Source: Spirochaetia bacterium
Lineage (GTDB): Bacteria; Spirochaetota; Spirochaetia; DSM-2461
Assembly (NCBI GenBank): GCA_963666985.2
Contig: CAXXIA010000002.1
Span: 1,440,001-1,504,000 of the forward strand
DNA length: 64,000 nucleotides
Reading direction: 5' to 3'
Every line of letters starts with the position of its first letter. The stretch's first letter is position 1. A program made the translations under genes and the position numbers. A model generated the notes under the pieces. The model made no database searches. It was not told the origin of the DNA and saw only the letters and a list, made by a program, of their open reading frames with translations. Positions 1-8,650 of the stretch are shown here, piece by piece.

Positions 1-272
1 TTCAGAAGAAAAGTGTCGGGAGAATGACCGAGAAGTTCGTACATCGCGTACAAAAGCGACGAACTGCCGTCGATATCCTTGAAGAATCCGTCCGTTTTCA
101 AGTATCCCTTGGAATCGATGCGGCAGCCGTAAAAAAACTCTTCGCAAAGTTCCTCGTAGTTGGGTTTTTTTCTGAGTCCGGCGATAAGCGTATCGATTTC
201 GGAATACTCGGCCGTAATAAACGTATAGCGAAGCCTGTCGACCAAATCCTTACGGCCCGACGGAGAAATCAT
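1..272 (-). CDS. Hypothetical protein, running off the left edge (partial)
   Basis: Manually translated open frame from ATG at 272 (MISPSGRKDLVDRLRYTFITAEYSEIDTLIAGLRKKPNYEELCEEFF...), with GAGGG upstream and no stop before position 1. Not in the ORF track. Confidence 0.55.
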   Translation of the reverse strand, partial: MISPSGRKDLVDRLRYTFITAEYSEIDTLIAGLRKKPNYEELCEEFFYGCRIDSKGYLKTDGFFKDIDGSSSLLYAMYELLGHSPDTFLL

Positions 273-320
273 GCATTACCCTCAGGGATATTCATGATAA
301 CAGGAAGGTACGGCCGCTTG

Positions 321-542
321 TCACTCTAAATCCCAAGGATCGGGCTCAACATCCTCATCTTCGTCGGTTCCGTATTGGCGCTCCCAGGCTTCGCTGTCGA
401 GATCATCATAAGAATCGCCCCAATCGTTTTCGTCGTAATAAGGATCGTCCTGGTGCTCCTGTTCCTGTTCCAAATTCTCAAGGTCATCCAGTGAAATGGT
501 TTTGTCTTCATCTTCCTCTTCGGAAGTGTCCCAGTCCGACAT
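321..542 (-). CDS. Small, extremely acidic hypothetical protein (73 aa)
   Basis: GGAGG SD precedes ATG at 542. The product MSDWDTSEEEDEDK... is dominated by D/E with scattered W/Y. Confidence 0.7.
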   Translation of the reverse strand: MSDWDTSEEEDEDKTISLDDLENLEQEQEHQDDPYYDENDWGDSYDDLDSEAWERQYGTDEDEDVEPDPWDLE

Positions 543-695
543 AGCTTCCTCCATTCCTACCCTAGATAATAGCCCTGAGACGTATGGTCTTCCAGAGACA
601 AAACACTATTTTCTTCGGATATTTTTCAAGCTGCCGAAGGTCTCTGTAATTCGGGCCGCGATTCACTCCGATGATTAATTGTAGGGAGGACAGCC

Positions 696-869
696 ATGAC
701 CCGATACGAACGAATCAGACAGGAAATCATCGCCATTGAACGGGAAATCGCCACGCTGCGTCACGTGGTTCGGGACGAGAAGGAAAAGGAAGCTTTTCGC
801 AATATCTGCCTTCGGAACGAGCATATTCGGGACGCTTTTTCAGGAATGAACGCATCCGGATCGATTTAA
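696..869 (+). CDS. Small hypothetical protein (57 aa), probably helical/coiled-coil
   Basis: Strong SD GGGAGG before ATG 696. Product MTRYERIRQEIIAIEREIATLRHVVRDEKEKEAFRNICLRNEHIRDAFSGMNASGSI. Below the ORF-track size cutoff. Confidence 0.6.
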   Translation: MTRYERIRQEIIAIEREIATLRHVVRDEKEKEAFRNICLRNEHIRDAFSGMNASGSI

Positions 870-926
870 GAACTGAAACTCGCCATATTTTCGGCCAATT
901 TTCGAATAAGACCGCATAAAGCGGTT

Positions 927-1418
927 TTATTCGAGACTCACCGCATCCGGACCGCCCAGAACACGCAGCGCTCTTTCGATATCATCCGATAAAGACGCCA
1001 TCTTCACGGCCGAGGGCGGCGTGTAAAGCAAGGCGTCGGCCAATCCCAATTCCCGGGCACGGGTATCCCAAAGATCGGCCAATCGATCCATAGTCACCGT
1101 ATCGTGCACGGATTTATCGAACAAATCGTTCCTTGCCGCTTCCATCCAGGATCTTAAGGCCGCCGGATCGGGCCAGGCTCCGAGCAGAATCTGCCTGGGC
1201 CATCGAAGCGTTAGGGAAACGGAATAGAAAAACGAAACTTCGCCCAGTTCCTTTAGGGATCGGTGATATTCCAACTCCAACCCCAGCGAACCGGCAAGAA
1301 GGAAGTCAACTTCCGCCAAGGCTCGGAGAAACATATCGACGGACGACAGCATCCGCTCTCGTTCCTCGGCTGCGCTCGGGAAGGAGAATCTGATTCTGTA
1401 TGATATTTCCTGAGTCAT
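927..1418 (-). CDS. Hypothetical protein
   Basis: ORF with protein-like composition. Start moved to the ATG of MTQEISY. Confidence 0.65.
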   Translation of the reverse strand: MTQEISYRIRFSFPSAAEERERMLSSVDMFLRALAEVDFLLAGSLGLELEYHRSLKELGEVSFFYSVSLTLRWPRQILLGAWPDPAALRSWMEAARNDLFDKSVHDTVTMDRLADLWDTRARELGLADALLYTPPSAVKMASLSDDIERALRVLGGPDAVSLE

Positions 1419-1481
1419 CGCTTTCCGTCCATTTTGCCTCCGCTTCCTTAATCGCGGCAAGAGACATTAACCGGAGAGTCG

Positions 1482-1526
1482 AAAAAAAATGAAAGCCGCG
1501 CCGGTACGAAGATCGGCGCGGCTCTC
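1482..1526 (-). terminator. Intrinsic terminator after the fusA operon
   Basis: Stem AGCCGCGCCG / CGGCGCGGCT followed by a T-run on the minus strand. Confidence 0.8.
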
Positions 1527-1543
1527 ATTATGGGATTCAAGAA

Positions 1544-2260
1544 TTAAAGATCTGCGATAAGAAGAGATTTAGGATCAAGCTTCAAGGGTAAATCCTTGGA
1601 AAGAAAAACATCGTGATCCTTAACCAAATAGAGATGAAGGTAATCTTTTTCGGCCTTCAAAGTAACGATAACGTCAATTATATCGAGGAAGGACTCCAGG
1701 TTCGTGGGAATACCCTTGCTGTTGAGCACCGGTCCGTCGATGTCTTCGCGGTGATAATCGTCCGTGAACCAGATTCCCAGCTTCTTCTGAACCGCAAACT
1801 CTTTATATGCCTTCACGTCGTCTTGAGAAGCTTTGGTAAAATCGAAGCCGTCAATGAAAAGGGCACTGGTTTCGGCCTGGCCGCCATGCTCCATCATGGC
1901 GGTAATACCGGCCAGAACCTGCTTTACGGAAGTGCCCTGCTGGTTAAAGTTCATAATCACGCGGTTCTGGATTATCTCATCATGGATATCCATGGCGTTC
2001 TCAAGATCACGCTTTCGGCTGATTTCCGTAAAGATATCCTCATACCATTGAATGATATGATCCACTCTCTTTGAGTAGGAAACATGAATAACGTGTTTTC
2101 CCGCCATGAGCTTGTCGGTGGCGATATGCACCAAGCAGGCGGTTTTGCCGATGCCGCGGCGGGATGCCACGACGCCTATGTTGCCCTCACCGACACCGCC
2201 GCGGGTGGAATTGTCGAGCTTTCGGAGAGGGCTCTTTTTGATGAGTTCCTGTTTTACCAT
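1544..2260 (-). CDS. RecA/KaiC-superfamily P-loop ATPase-like protein
   Basis: GGVGEGNIGVVASRRGIGKT (variant Walker A), HVSY, and Walker-B-like LFIDG. Starts 3 nt after the fusA stop. Confidence 0.7.
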   Translation of the reverse strand: MVKQELIKKSPLRKLDNSTRGGVGEGNIGVVASRRGIGKTACLVHIATDKLMAGKHVIHVSYSKRVDHIIQWYEDIFTEISRKRDLENAMDIHDEIIQNRVIMNFNQQGTSVKQVLAGITAMMEHGGQAETSALFIDGFDFTKASQDDVKAYKEFAVQKKLGIWFTDDYHREDIDGPVLNSKGIPTNLESFLDIIDVIVTLKAEKDYLHLYLVKDHDVFLSKDLPLKLDPKSLLIADL

Positions 2261-2263
2261 AAA

Positions 2264-4366
2264 TTACCTTCCTTGCTTCCCGGCTTTTCTCTCTTCCTCG
2301 GCCTTCTTAATCAGCTCATCGGCAATCGACTGAGGGACCTTGGAAAACTTCGCGAACTCCATGGTGAATTCCGCTTTACCTTGGGTGGAGGAGCGCAGCG
2401 ACGTGGAATAACCGAACATCTCGCTTAAAGGCACTTCGGCTTCCACGGAACAGTTCACGCCCTCTTCATGTGATGCCACTATCATACCCCGGCGCTGGTT
2501 GATGCTGCCGAAAATATTTCCTTGAAATTCCGTGGGCCCCTCAACGACGACTTTCATAATGGGTTCGAGGATAACCGGACCGGCTTTCTTGTAGGCTTCC
2601 CTGAAGCCCATCAGCGCCGCGGTTTGGAACGCCATATCCGAAGAGTCCACCGCGTGGGAGGCACCGTCGACAACCGTCATTTTAACGTTCACCACAGGGA
2701 AGCTCAGAAGAGAACCCTTCTCCATGGCCGTCCGGAATCCCTTATCACAGGAAGGAATGTATTCGGTGGGAATATTCCCGCCCTTTACCAGGCTCTCAAA
2801 AAGGTAGTTGTCTTCGCTGTCGGTAATGGGCTCCATAATACCGAGAATCTTGGCGTATTGGCCCGAACCGCCTGTTTGCTTTTTATGGGTGTATTCCCAC
2901 TCAACCCGTTTGGAAATGGCTTCTCTATAGGCAACCTGCGGTGCGCCTGTTTCCACGTCGGCCTTATATTCCCGCCTCATACGCTCCACGTAAACGTCAA
3001 GGTGAAGCTCGCCCATGCCCTGGATGATGGTGTCGTTCGTCTCCGGATCGACATAGGTGCGGAACGTGGGGTCTTCCTTGGTAAAGCGGTTGAGGGCCTT
3101 GGCCATCTTATCGGATGCCGCCTTATCCTTGGCCTTAACCGAGAGGGAAATAACGGGATTGGGTACGTACATGGACGTCATGGACAGATTCAAATCCCCA
3201 CCGCAGAAGGTATCGCCGGAAGCGCAGTCGATGCCGAAAAGAGCAACGATGTCGCCGCAGGAAGCCTCGCTGATGTCTTCCATGGAACTGGCGTGCATAC
3301 GGACCAAACGGCCGACCTTGAATTTCCTCTGATTCCGGACGTTAAACAGCTCACTGCCCTTTCGGATCTCACCCTGATAGATGCGGATATAGGTCAGCTG
3401 ACCGTATTGACCGTCTTCAAGTTTGAACGCCAGGGCCACGGGAGGCTTGGAAGAATCCGAAGGAAGAATGACTTCGGCCTCATTGTTATCCAAATCCAAG
3501 GCTTTGTTGGTAATGTCCGGAGGAGCCGGCAGATATCGGATAACCGCGTCCAAAAGAGGCTGGACGCCCTTGTTTTTGTATGCGCTGCCGATGTAGACCG
3601 GAACCAGCTCATTGGCGAGGGTTCCTTTCCGAATCGCATCGTGGATTAAGTCCACAGGAATATCATCCCCTTCCATCACCTTCTCCATCAAATCATCGTT
3701 GAACATGGAGAGGGCCTCAAGCATGATTTCCCGTTTTTCTTCGGCTTCCGAAAGGAGTTCCGCCGGGATTTCGGCCTCGCGAACGGCATAGGTTTCGTCG
3801 CCGTCGAAGTAAAGGGCTTTCATGGTGACCAAATCAACAACGCCGACATGAGCGTCTTCCAAACCGATGGGAACCTGCATCAGCACGGCGTTCAGACCCA
3901 GCTTTTCTTCCAGCTGATCCCGGACTCTGTAGGGATTGGCCCCGGTCCGGTCGGTTTTGTTGACAAAGGCGATACGGGGAACTCCGTAGCGCTTGAGCTG
4001 CCGGTCGACGGTGATGGACTGAGACTGAACACCTCCGACCGAGCAGAGAACCAGAATGGCCCCGTCCAGAACACGGAGGGCCCGTTCCACTTCGATGGTG
4101 AAGTCCACGTGTCCCGGAGTGTCGATGATGTTGATGGGATGATCCTTCCAGGTAACGTTGGTAGCCGCCGAAGCGATGGTGATACCCCGCTCCTTCTCCA
4201 ATTCCATGGAGTCCATCGTGGCGCCGACGCCGTCCTTTCCCCGTACTTCATGAATGGCATGGATTTTTTGACAGAAGAAAAGGATACGTTCCGAAAGGGT
4301 TGTTTTTCCCGAGTCGATATGCGCGGATATTCCGATATTGCGCATCTTAGTGATGTCAAGACTCAT
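2264..4366 (-). CDS. fusA: Elongation factor G (spirochaete/mtEFG1-like type)
   Basis: [48 protein letters not shown]; 700 aa. Confidence 0.97.
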   Translation of the reverse strand: MSLDITKMRNIGISAHIDSGKTTLSERILFFCQKIHAIHEVRGKDGVGATMDSMELEKERGITIASAATNVTWKDHPINIIDTPGHVDFTIEVERALRVLDGAILVLCSVGGVQSQSITVDRQLKRYGVPRIAFVNKTDRTGANPYRVRDQLEEKLGLNAVLMQVPIGLEDAHVGVVDLVTMKALYFDGDETYAVREAEIPAELLSEAEEKREIMLEALSMFNDDLMEKVMEGDDIPVDLIHDAIRKGTLANELVPVYIGSAYKNKGVQPLLDAVIRYLPAPPDITNKALDLDNNEAEVILPSDSSKPPVALAFKLEDGQYGQLTYIRIYQGEIRKGSELFNVRNQRKFKVGRLVRMHASSMEDISEASCGDIVALFGIDCASGDTFCGGDLNLSMTSMYVPNPVISLSVKAKDKAASDKMAKALNRFTKEDPTFRTYVDPETNDTIIQGMGELHLDVYVERMRREYKADVETGAPQVAYREAISKRVEWEYTHKKQTGGSGQYAKILGIMEPITDSEDNYLFESLVKGGNIPTEYIPSCDKGFRTAMEKGSLLSFPVVNVKMTVVDGASHAVDSSDMAFQTAALMGFREAYKKAGPVILEPIMKVVVEGPTEFQGNIFGSINQRRGMIVASHEEGVNCSVEAEVPLSEMFGYSTSLRSSTQGKAEFTMEFAKFSKVPQSIADELIKKAEEERKAGKQGR

Positions 4367-4742
4367 GAGTGCCTACCTCAATTTGTTCCCCGTCCTTCGA
4401 ACGGGGTTTTGTTTTTCTATATAGTTACTTACCGTTAAGGGGGATATTCCAAAGAAGTTTTCGTAGTATATCCACGCTCTCTTTTTTGGTCCATACCCCT
4501 ACCTAATTGTATGAAAAAACGGTTCGTTTATGATGAGTCCGCGATCAACGTCATCTTCTCGACATCTTCTCGGCTTCATAATCGCCGAAAAATCGAATCG
4601 GACCGGGATGGAAGCCCCGAAGATCGAACCGACTCCTTTCGGCAATGCCATCCGGCATCGCTTGATCCTGAAAGTCCGACGACTTTGGGAATGATCGGCA
4701 TTTTTGTCTTGATCGCCGCCAATTCCCTTGCTATCCTGCGGC

Positions 4743-5279
4743 ATGGAGAAGCTTTTCCTTTCATACAACCAGATTCATTCCACCATCAAGGATATTTCCA
4801 ATCGAATTCAGGGCGACGGTTTTGAATTCGATTATATGATCGCCATCGGTACCGGCGGGTTCATTCCGGCCCGGATGATGAAAACCTTCATCAATCGCCC
4901 CATCATTACCGTCGGATTGGCGTATTACGACCTGGACGACAACAAGATGGAGAAGCCGGTTATTACGCAATGGCTGGATCAGCCGGAAAAGCAGGTGAAA
5001 GGCAAACGGATTCTTCTGGTGGACGAGGTGGACGATACGCGCAGCACCATCGGTTACTGCCTGGAGAAGCTTCTGGAACACGAGCCTGAAGAAATCGCCG
5101 TTGCGGTTCTCCACGACAAGGATAAGCCGAAAACACGGAACATTCCTCCGGAAGTCAAACGGTACTATCGGGGACTGAAAACCGGAGATCAATGGATCTG
5201 TTATCCCTGGGACGCCCTGGACATCTGGGAACAGGACAGGCAGGCGGTTTGGTCCGACCCGCCCGAGGGCGGCGAGTAA
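4743..5279 (+). CDS. Type I phosphoribosyltransferase (purine salvage, xanthine/guanine PRT-like)
   Basis: IAIGTGGFIPA, PRPP-binding ILLVDEVDDTRST, C-terminal WICYPW. Confidence 0.85.
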   Translation: MEKLFLSYNQIHSTIKDISNRIQGDGFEFDYMIAIGTGGFIPARMMKTFINRPIITVGLAYYDLDDNKMEKPVITQWLDQPEKQVKGKRILLVDEVDDTRSTIGYCLEKLLEHEPEEIAVAVLHDKDKPKTRNIPPEVKRYYRGLKTGDQWICYPWDALDIWEQDRQAVWSDPPEGGE

Positions 5280-5285
5280 TACGCT

Positions 5286-5906
5286 CTAATCAGCCGAATC
5301 TTTTTGTACGTTCTCCGGTTCTGCGGGTTCCTCTTTTATCGCTTCGAACCACCAGGCAAAGTCGTCCGCGTGATTTTTCACGGCTTCTCGGAACCATACT
5401 TCGACATCGTCGTCGTAGTACCCGCCTTTATCGAATTTCCGCGTAAACCTTCGGCGGGTCATGCCTTCTTTAATGGCCAGAATATAGTAGCGGACTCCCG
5501 GATTGTCATTGGGATTGCTCCGCAGGATTTTCTCCAGGAGACCAAGGGCCTTTGAGCCGTCACCCAGAGCCCATGCCTCTTCTCCCGCGGTGACGAGAGT
5601 TCTGATGATATGGCGGTTTTCCAGGAAACCCCAGAGCAGGGAATCCGGCCAGCGGCCGTCCTTGTCCAGAATCAGCTCCAAAGCCCGGTTTGCGGCAAGA
5701 TCCAGAATATCGTAAGCCTCTTCCTCGTCTCCCATCGCCATCGCCTCTTTAAAGGTATGGAGATACGGTTCAAGAAAATCGGGATCTTCCTCGACGAGTT
5801 CGATCATATCTTCAATGAAATCGTCGGTATTCTCTTCGTCATACTCAGCCAGCATCCGTTCGTATTTCCATTGTGCAGGCCGGTCTTTATCTATAAATTC
5901 CCGCAT
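5286..5906 (-). CDS. Hypothetical helical/TPR-like protein
   Basis: 206-aa ORF with WGFLENR and NPNDNPGVRY motifs. Confidence 0.7.
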   Translation of the reverse strand: MREFIDKDRPAQWKYERMLAEYDEENTDDFIEDMIELVEEDPDFLEPYLHTFKEAMAMGDEEEAYDILDLAANRALELILDKDGRWPDSLLWGFLENRHIIRTLVTAGEEAWALGDGSKALGLLEKILRSNPNDNPGVRYYILAIKEGMTRRRFTRKFDKGGYYDDDVEVWFREAVKNHADDFAWWFEAIKEEPAEPENVQKDSAD

Positions 5907-5908
5907 TC

Positions 5909-6496
5909 TTACCTCTCAAGTTCCATTATCGCACGAATGGCTTCTTTCGCTGAGCCGGCGCGAATCCCCTCTTCCAACGGATATGAAGATTCCGCGGGAC
6001 CAACGAACCAACAAAGGTTGGGCCGCAGCTCCTCTTTCAGTAACCGAAAAACCCGCCCCACTCTCGGAGCGGAGTTGAATTTACACTCAAGGAAGACAAT
6101 CTTTTCCCCCCGCTCCAAAATCAAGTCCACCTCATTTCCATTGGACGTCTTCAAGAAAGAGGGCCGCCATTCGGAACATGCATTGATGATGTATTCCAAG
6201 ACCCATCCTTCCCAAGACTCACCGACGGAAAGAGATCCATGAACTTGATCGAAATTCTTTAATTCCGGCAGTGCGTGAAGAATACCGGAATCCCGGATGG
6301 AGATTTTCGGACTTTTAATAAGACGTTTTTTCAGATTACGCTCGAACGGAGGCAATAGTCGAACCATAAAAGTCCCTTCCAGAGCATCAATCCGGTTCCC
6401 AACGGTTTTATCCGAAACACCCGGGATGGCTACCGATGGAAACCACGTCAAGATTTTCTCAATATTTGTCTGTATAACACGAGCAATAAAGTTCAC
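5909..6496 (-). pseudogene. Internally deleted AAA ATPase / DUF4143 family gene
   Basis: The typical N-terminus (IARVIQTNIEKILTWFPSVAIPG) joins directly to the HTH/DUF4143 part (VSDKTV...KRLIKSPK...DSG...GESWEG...EVDL...ECK). Walker A and B are absent. Confidence 0.75.
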
Positions 6497-6554
6497 AACA
6501 GAACATTAACCATGTTTTTTCGGAATATTAACTCGAAATTACATGGTTAAATTT

Positions 6555-7346
6555 CTATTCCTCGATAATTTCAACATTTCCCATCTCCCCCAAAATCCCG
6601 TCCGCCATCCGCAGGTAATCCAACTCAGCCGGGTTATGTCCGAGCAAAACGCTCCCGACGGCATCGACGGCCACCGGATCGAAAGAAGCGAGGATGAGTC
6701 CCAAGTTCATAGGCGTACCGGCCAAATGCATACCGGTAAGGGCTGTGACGGCATCCACCACGCAGAGATGGGGAGATTTATGAAGACAGACGTCCACAAC
6801 GCTGCGGTCTGTTGAGGGCGAATGCATTTTCGATTTGTTCCAGCTTCCGCAGTACATCGGCCCCGGAACCAAGCCGAACATATTCTTCATGGCGATGGTG
6901 GTACCGGTGAAGGAATGGTCTTTAAGGATGGGAATGGAAATAATCCAGGCATCAATCGCGGCCTTCGGAATATGAAGTTCCGGCCAGCGTACGGCGCCTT
7001 CGGCGTGTGAAATCACTGTGTTATGCGTGTTGAAGTCTTCAAGACGAATATCTTTGCGCCGAGCCAAATCGGCATAGCCCAGGCGTTCGAACACATCGGC
7101 GGTGCGTCCGCTGCCGCAGCCTTCGCCGATGAAAATTTCCGCTTTTGTGCGCGGCCTGAGCCAGTCATAGACAGCCTCCACACAGGCAACCGGCGTGGTA
7201 ACCGGCGGCGGAGAGTCGTTGGTTAAATTGGGCTTAAGGCAGATGGCGCCGGATTGCGGGATTCGCTCGGCGGCACCGATAACCTCCAGAGCCCGGCCGA
7301 CGGATTCGGTATAGGTTGTAAAGGGAATCTTGGCGACTCGGGACAT
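6555..7346 (-). CDS. DUF362 domain protein
   Basis: LKPNL, VTTP, IGEG, IPILKDH, MKNMFG and DPVAVDA motifs. Confidence 0.85.
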   Translation of the reverse strand: MSRVAKIPFTTYTESVGRALEVIGAAERIPQSGAICLKPNLTNDSPPPVTTPVACVEAVYDWLRPRTKAEIFIGEGCGSGRTADVFERLGYADLARRKDIRLEDFNTHNTVISHAEGAVRWPELHIPKAAIDAWIISIPILKDHSFTGTTIAMKNMFGLVPGPMYCGSWNKSKMHSPSTDRSVVDVCLHKSPHLCVVDAVTALTGMHLAGTPMNLGLILASFDPVAVDAVGSVLLGHNPAELDYLRMADGILGEMGNVEIIEE

Positions 7347-7799
7347 GAGATTATGATATCACAACCCAAAAAGCATACAAGTGTTCCGCGGGCGCTTTAA
7401 GCCGTTTCATGCCGGAAGTCGGGCGGAGCGTGTCCGATCGAATCGGCTGAGATGAACGGCGGTGCCGGCGGGGGCGGTATGTGTGCGGAAGGGCGCGCGG
7501 CCTGTTGCGGCGGGGAGCCGACGGGGCAGTATCCGGGGAGAGGTGCGGTCCGCAATGACATTGGGGCGATCCGGCCGGTATCGGTAGGGCCGCCTGAGGT
7601 GTTTCGGGCGGCTGGATGGGGGAGCTTCGAAACTCTGAAGGCCCGAAGGGCCTGAATAAATTTAAAAAAGAACGACTCAATTGAAGCTGTGTTAATTTGC
7701 ATTAACATGCAGGGCCGGCCGGCTGATCCTATTCCCGAATACCGCCGCCTTGCCCCCTGGGGCCGTGGTGGCTATCATGTCGCCGAAGAGAGGATTGCC

Positions 7800-8417
7800 A
7801 TGGAGCTTGTCTGTTTGGATCTGGAAGGGGTTCTCGTTCCGGAGATTTGGATTGCGGTGGCCGCGAAGACCGGTCTTGATGAATTGAAGCTGACTACGCG
7901 CGATATCAGTGATTACGACGAGCTGATGAATTACCGTCTGAAGATTTTGGATAGAGAGGGGATTCTTCTTAAGGATATTCAGGAGGTGATTGGGACGCTG
8001 AAGCCGCTTGAGGGGGCGAAGGCGTTTGCCGATACGGTGCGCTCGATAACTCAGCTGGTGATTCTCTCGGACACGTTCGAGCAGTTCGCTTCTCCTCTCA
8101 TGAAGAAGCTGGATTGGCCGACGCTGTTTTGCAATACTTTGGTGACCGGCGAAGACGGGCGGATAACCGGTTACCGTCTCCGGCAGTCCGACGGCAAGCG
8201 AAAGGCTGTGGAGTCATTCCGCGCGATGGGTCTGCGGGTGTTCGCCGCCGGTGATTCCTATAACGATGTGTCGATGATTAAAACGGCTCACGCGGGGATG
8301 TTTTTCCGCGCTCCGCAGTCCATTAAGGACGAGTTCCCACAGTACTCCGTTGTTGAGGATCATGAGGGGCTGCTGGCGGGGATTCAACAATTTCTTGCCG
8401 AAAGGCCGGCCGAATAA
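7800..8417 (+). CDS. thrH: Phosphoserine phosphatase / homoserine phosphotransferase ThrH (HAD family)
   Basis: CLDLEGVLVPEIW, TTRDISDYDELM, ILSDTF, WPTLFC, AAGDSYND. Start set at ATG 7800 after GAGG. Confidence 0.92.
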   Translation: MELVCLDLEGVLVPEIWIAVAAKTGLDELKLTTRDISDYDELMNYRLKILDREGILLKDIQEVIGTLKPLEGAKAFADTVRSITQLVILSDTFEQFASPLMKKLDWPTLFCNTLVTGEDGRITGYRLRQSDGKRKAVESFRAMGLRVFAAGDSYNDVSMIKTAHAGMFFRAPQSIKDEFPQYSVVEDHEGLLAGIQQFLAERPAE

Positions 8418-8441
8418 GCGGGTTACGGGGCGGGCGGAAAA

Positions 8442-8647
8442 AGCAACTTCGCTTTAAATCGGCCCGCTTGCACACTATCCGCAGGCAGAAGTCATCCAGC
8501 AAATTCGTGATAAGGATTTAAGCAACTCTGAAACCACGTTCCGCAAGTACGAGCCATAGAGCAAATTCGTATTAAGGAATTAAGCCTCTTTAAAGAGGCA
8601 GCGCACAATCACGCGCCTTCAAGCAAGTTCGCTTTAAGGATTTAAGC
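8442..8647. repeat. Degenerate direct-repeat array with a 26-bp core and 62-bp period
   Basis: Cores AGCAA(A/G)TTCGnnnTAAGGA(T/A)TTAAGC at 8498, 8560 and 8622, plus a partial copy at 8442. Confidence 0.8.
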
Positions 8648-8650
8648 CCG

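Noticed and set aside
2522..4438. Plus-strand ORFs opposite fusA, and similar shadows opposite cstA, the Mo-enzyme and the hydantoinase
   Set aside because: They overlap well-supported genes on the other strand and reflect codon bias.
4499..4825. Short ORFs between fusA and the PRTase
   Set aside because: No clear SD or motifs; most likely a divergent promoter region.
8442..8647. Bona fide CRISPR array or dif/Xer site
   Set aside because: The repeats are degenerate, the spacers resemble each other and no cas genes are present. The resemblance to a XerC arm lacks any XerD arm. Kept only as an unexplained repeat.
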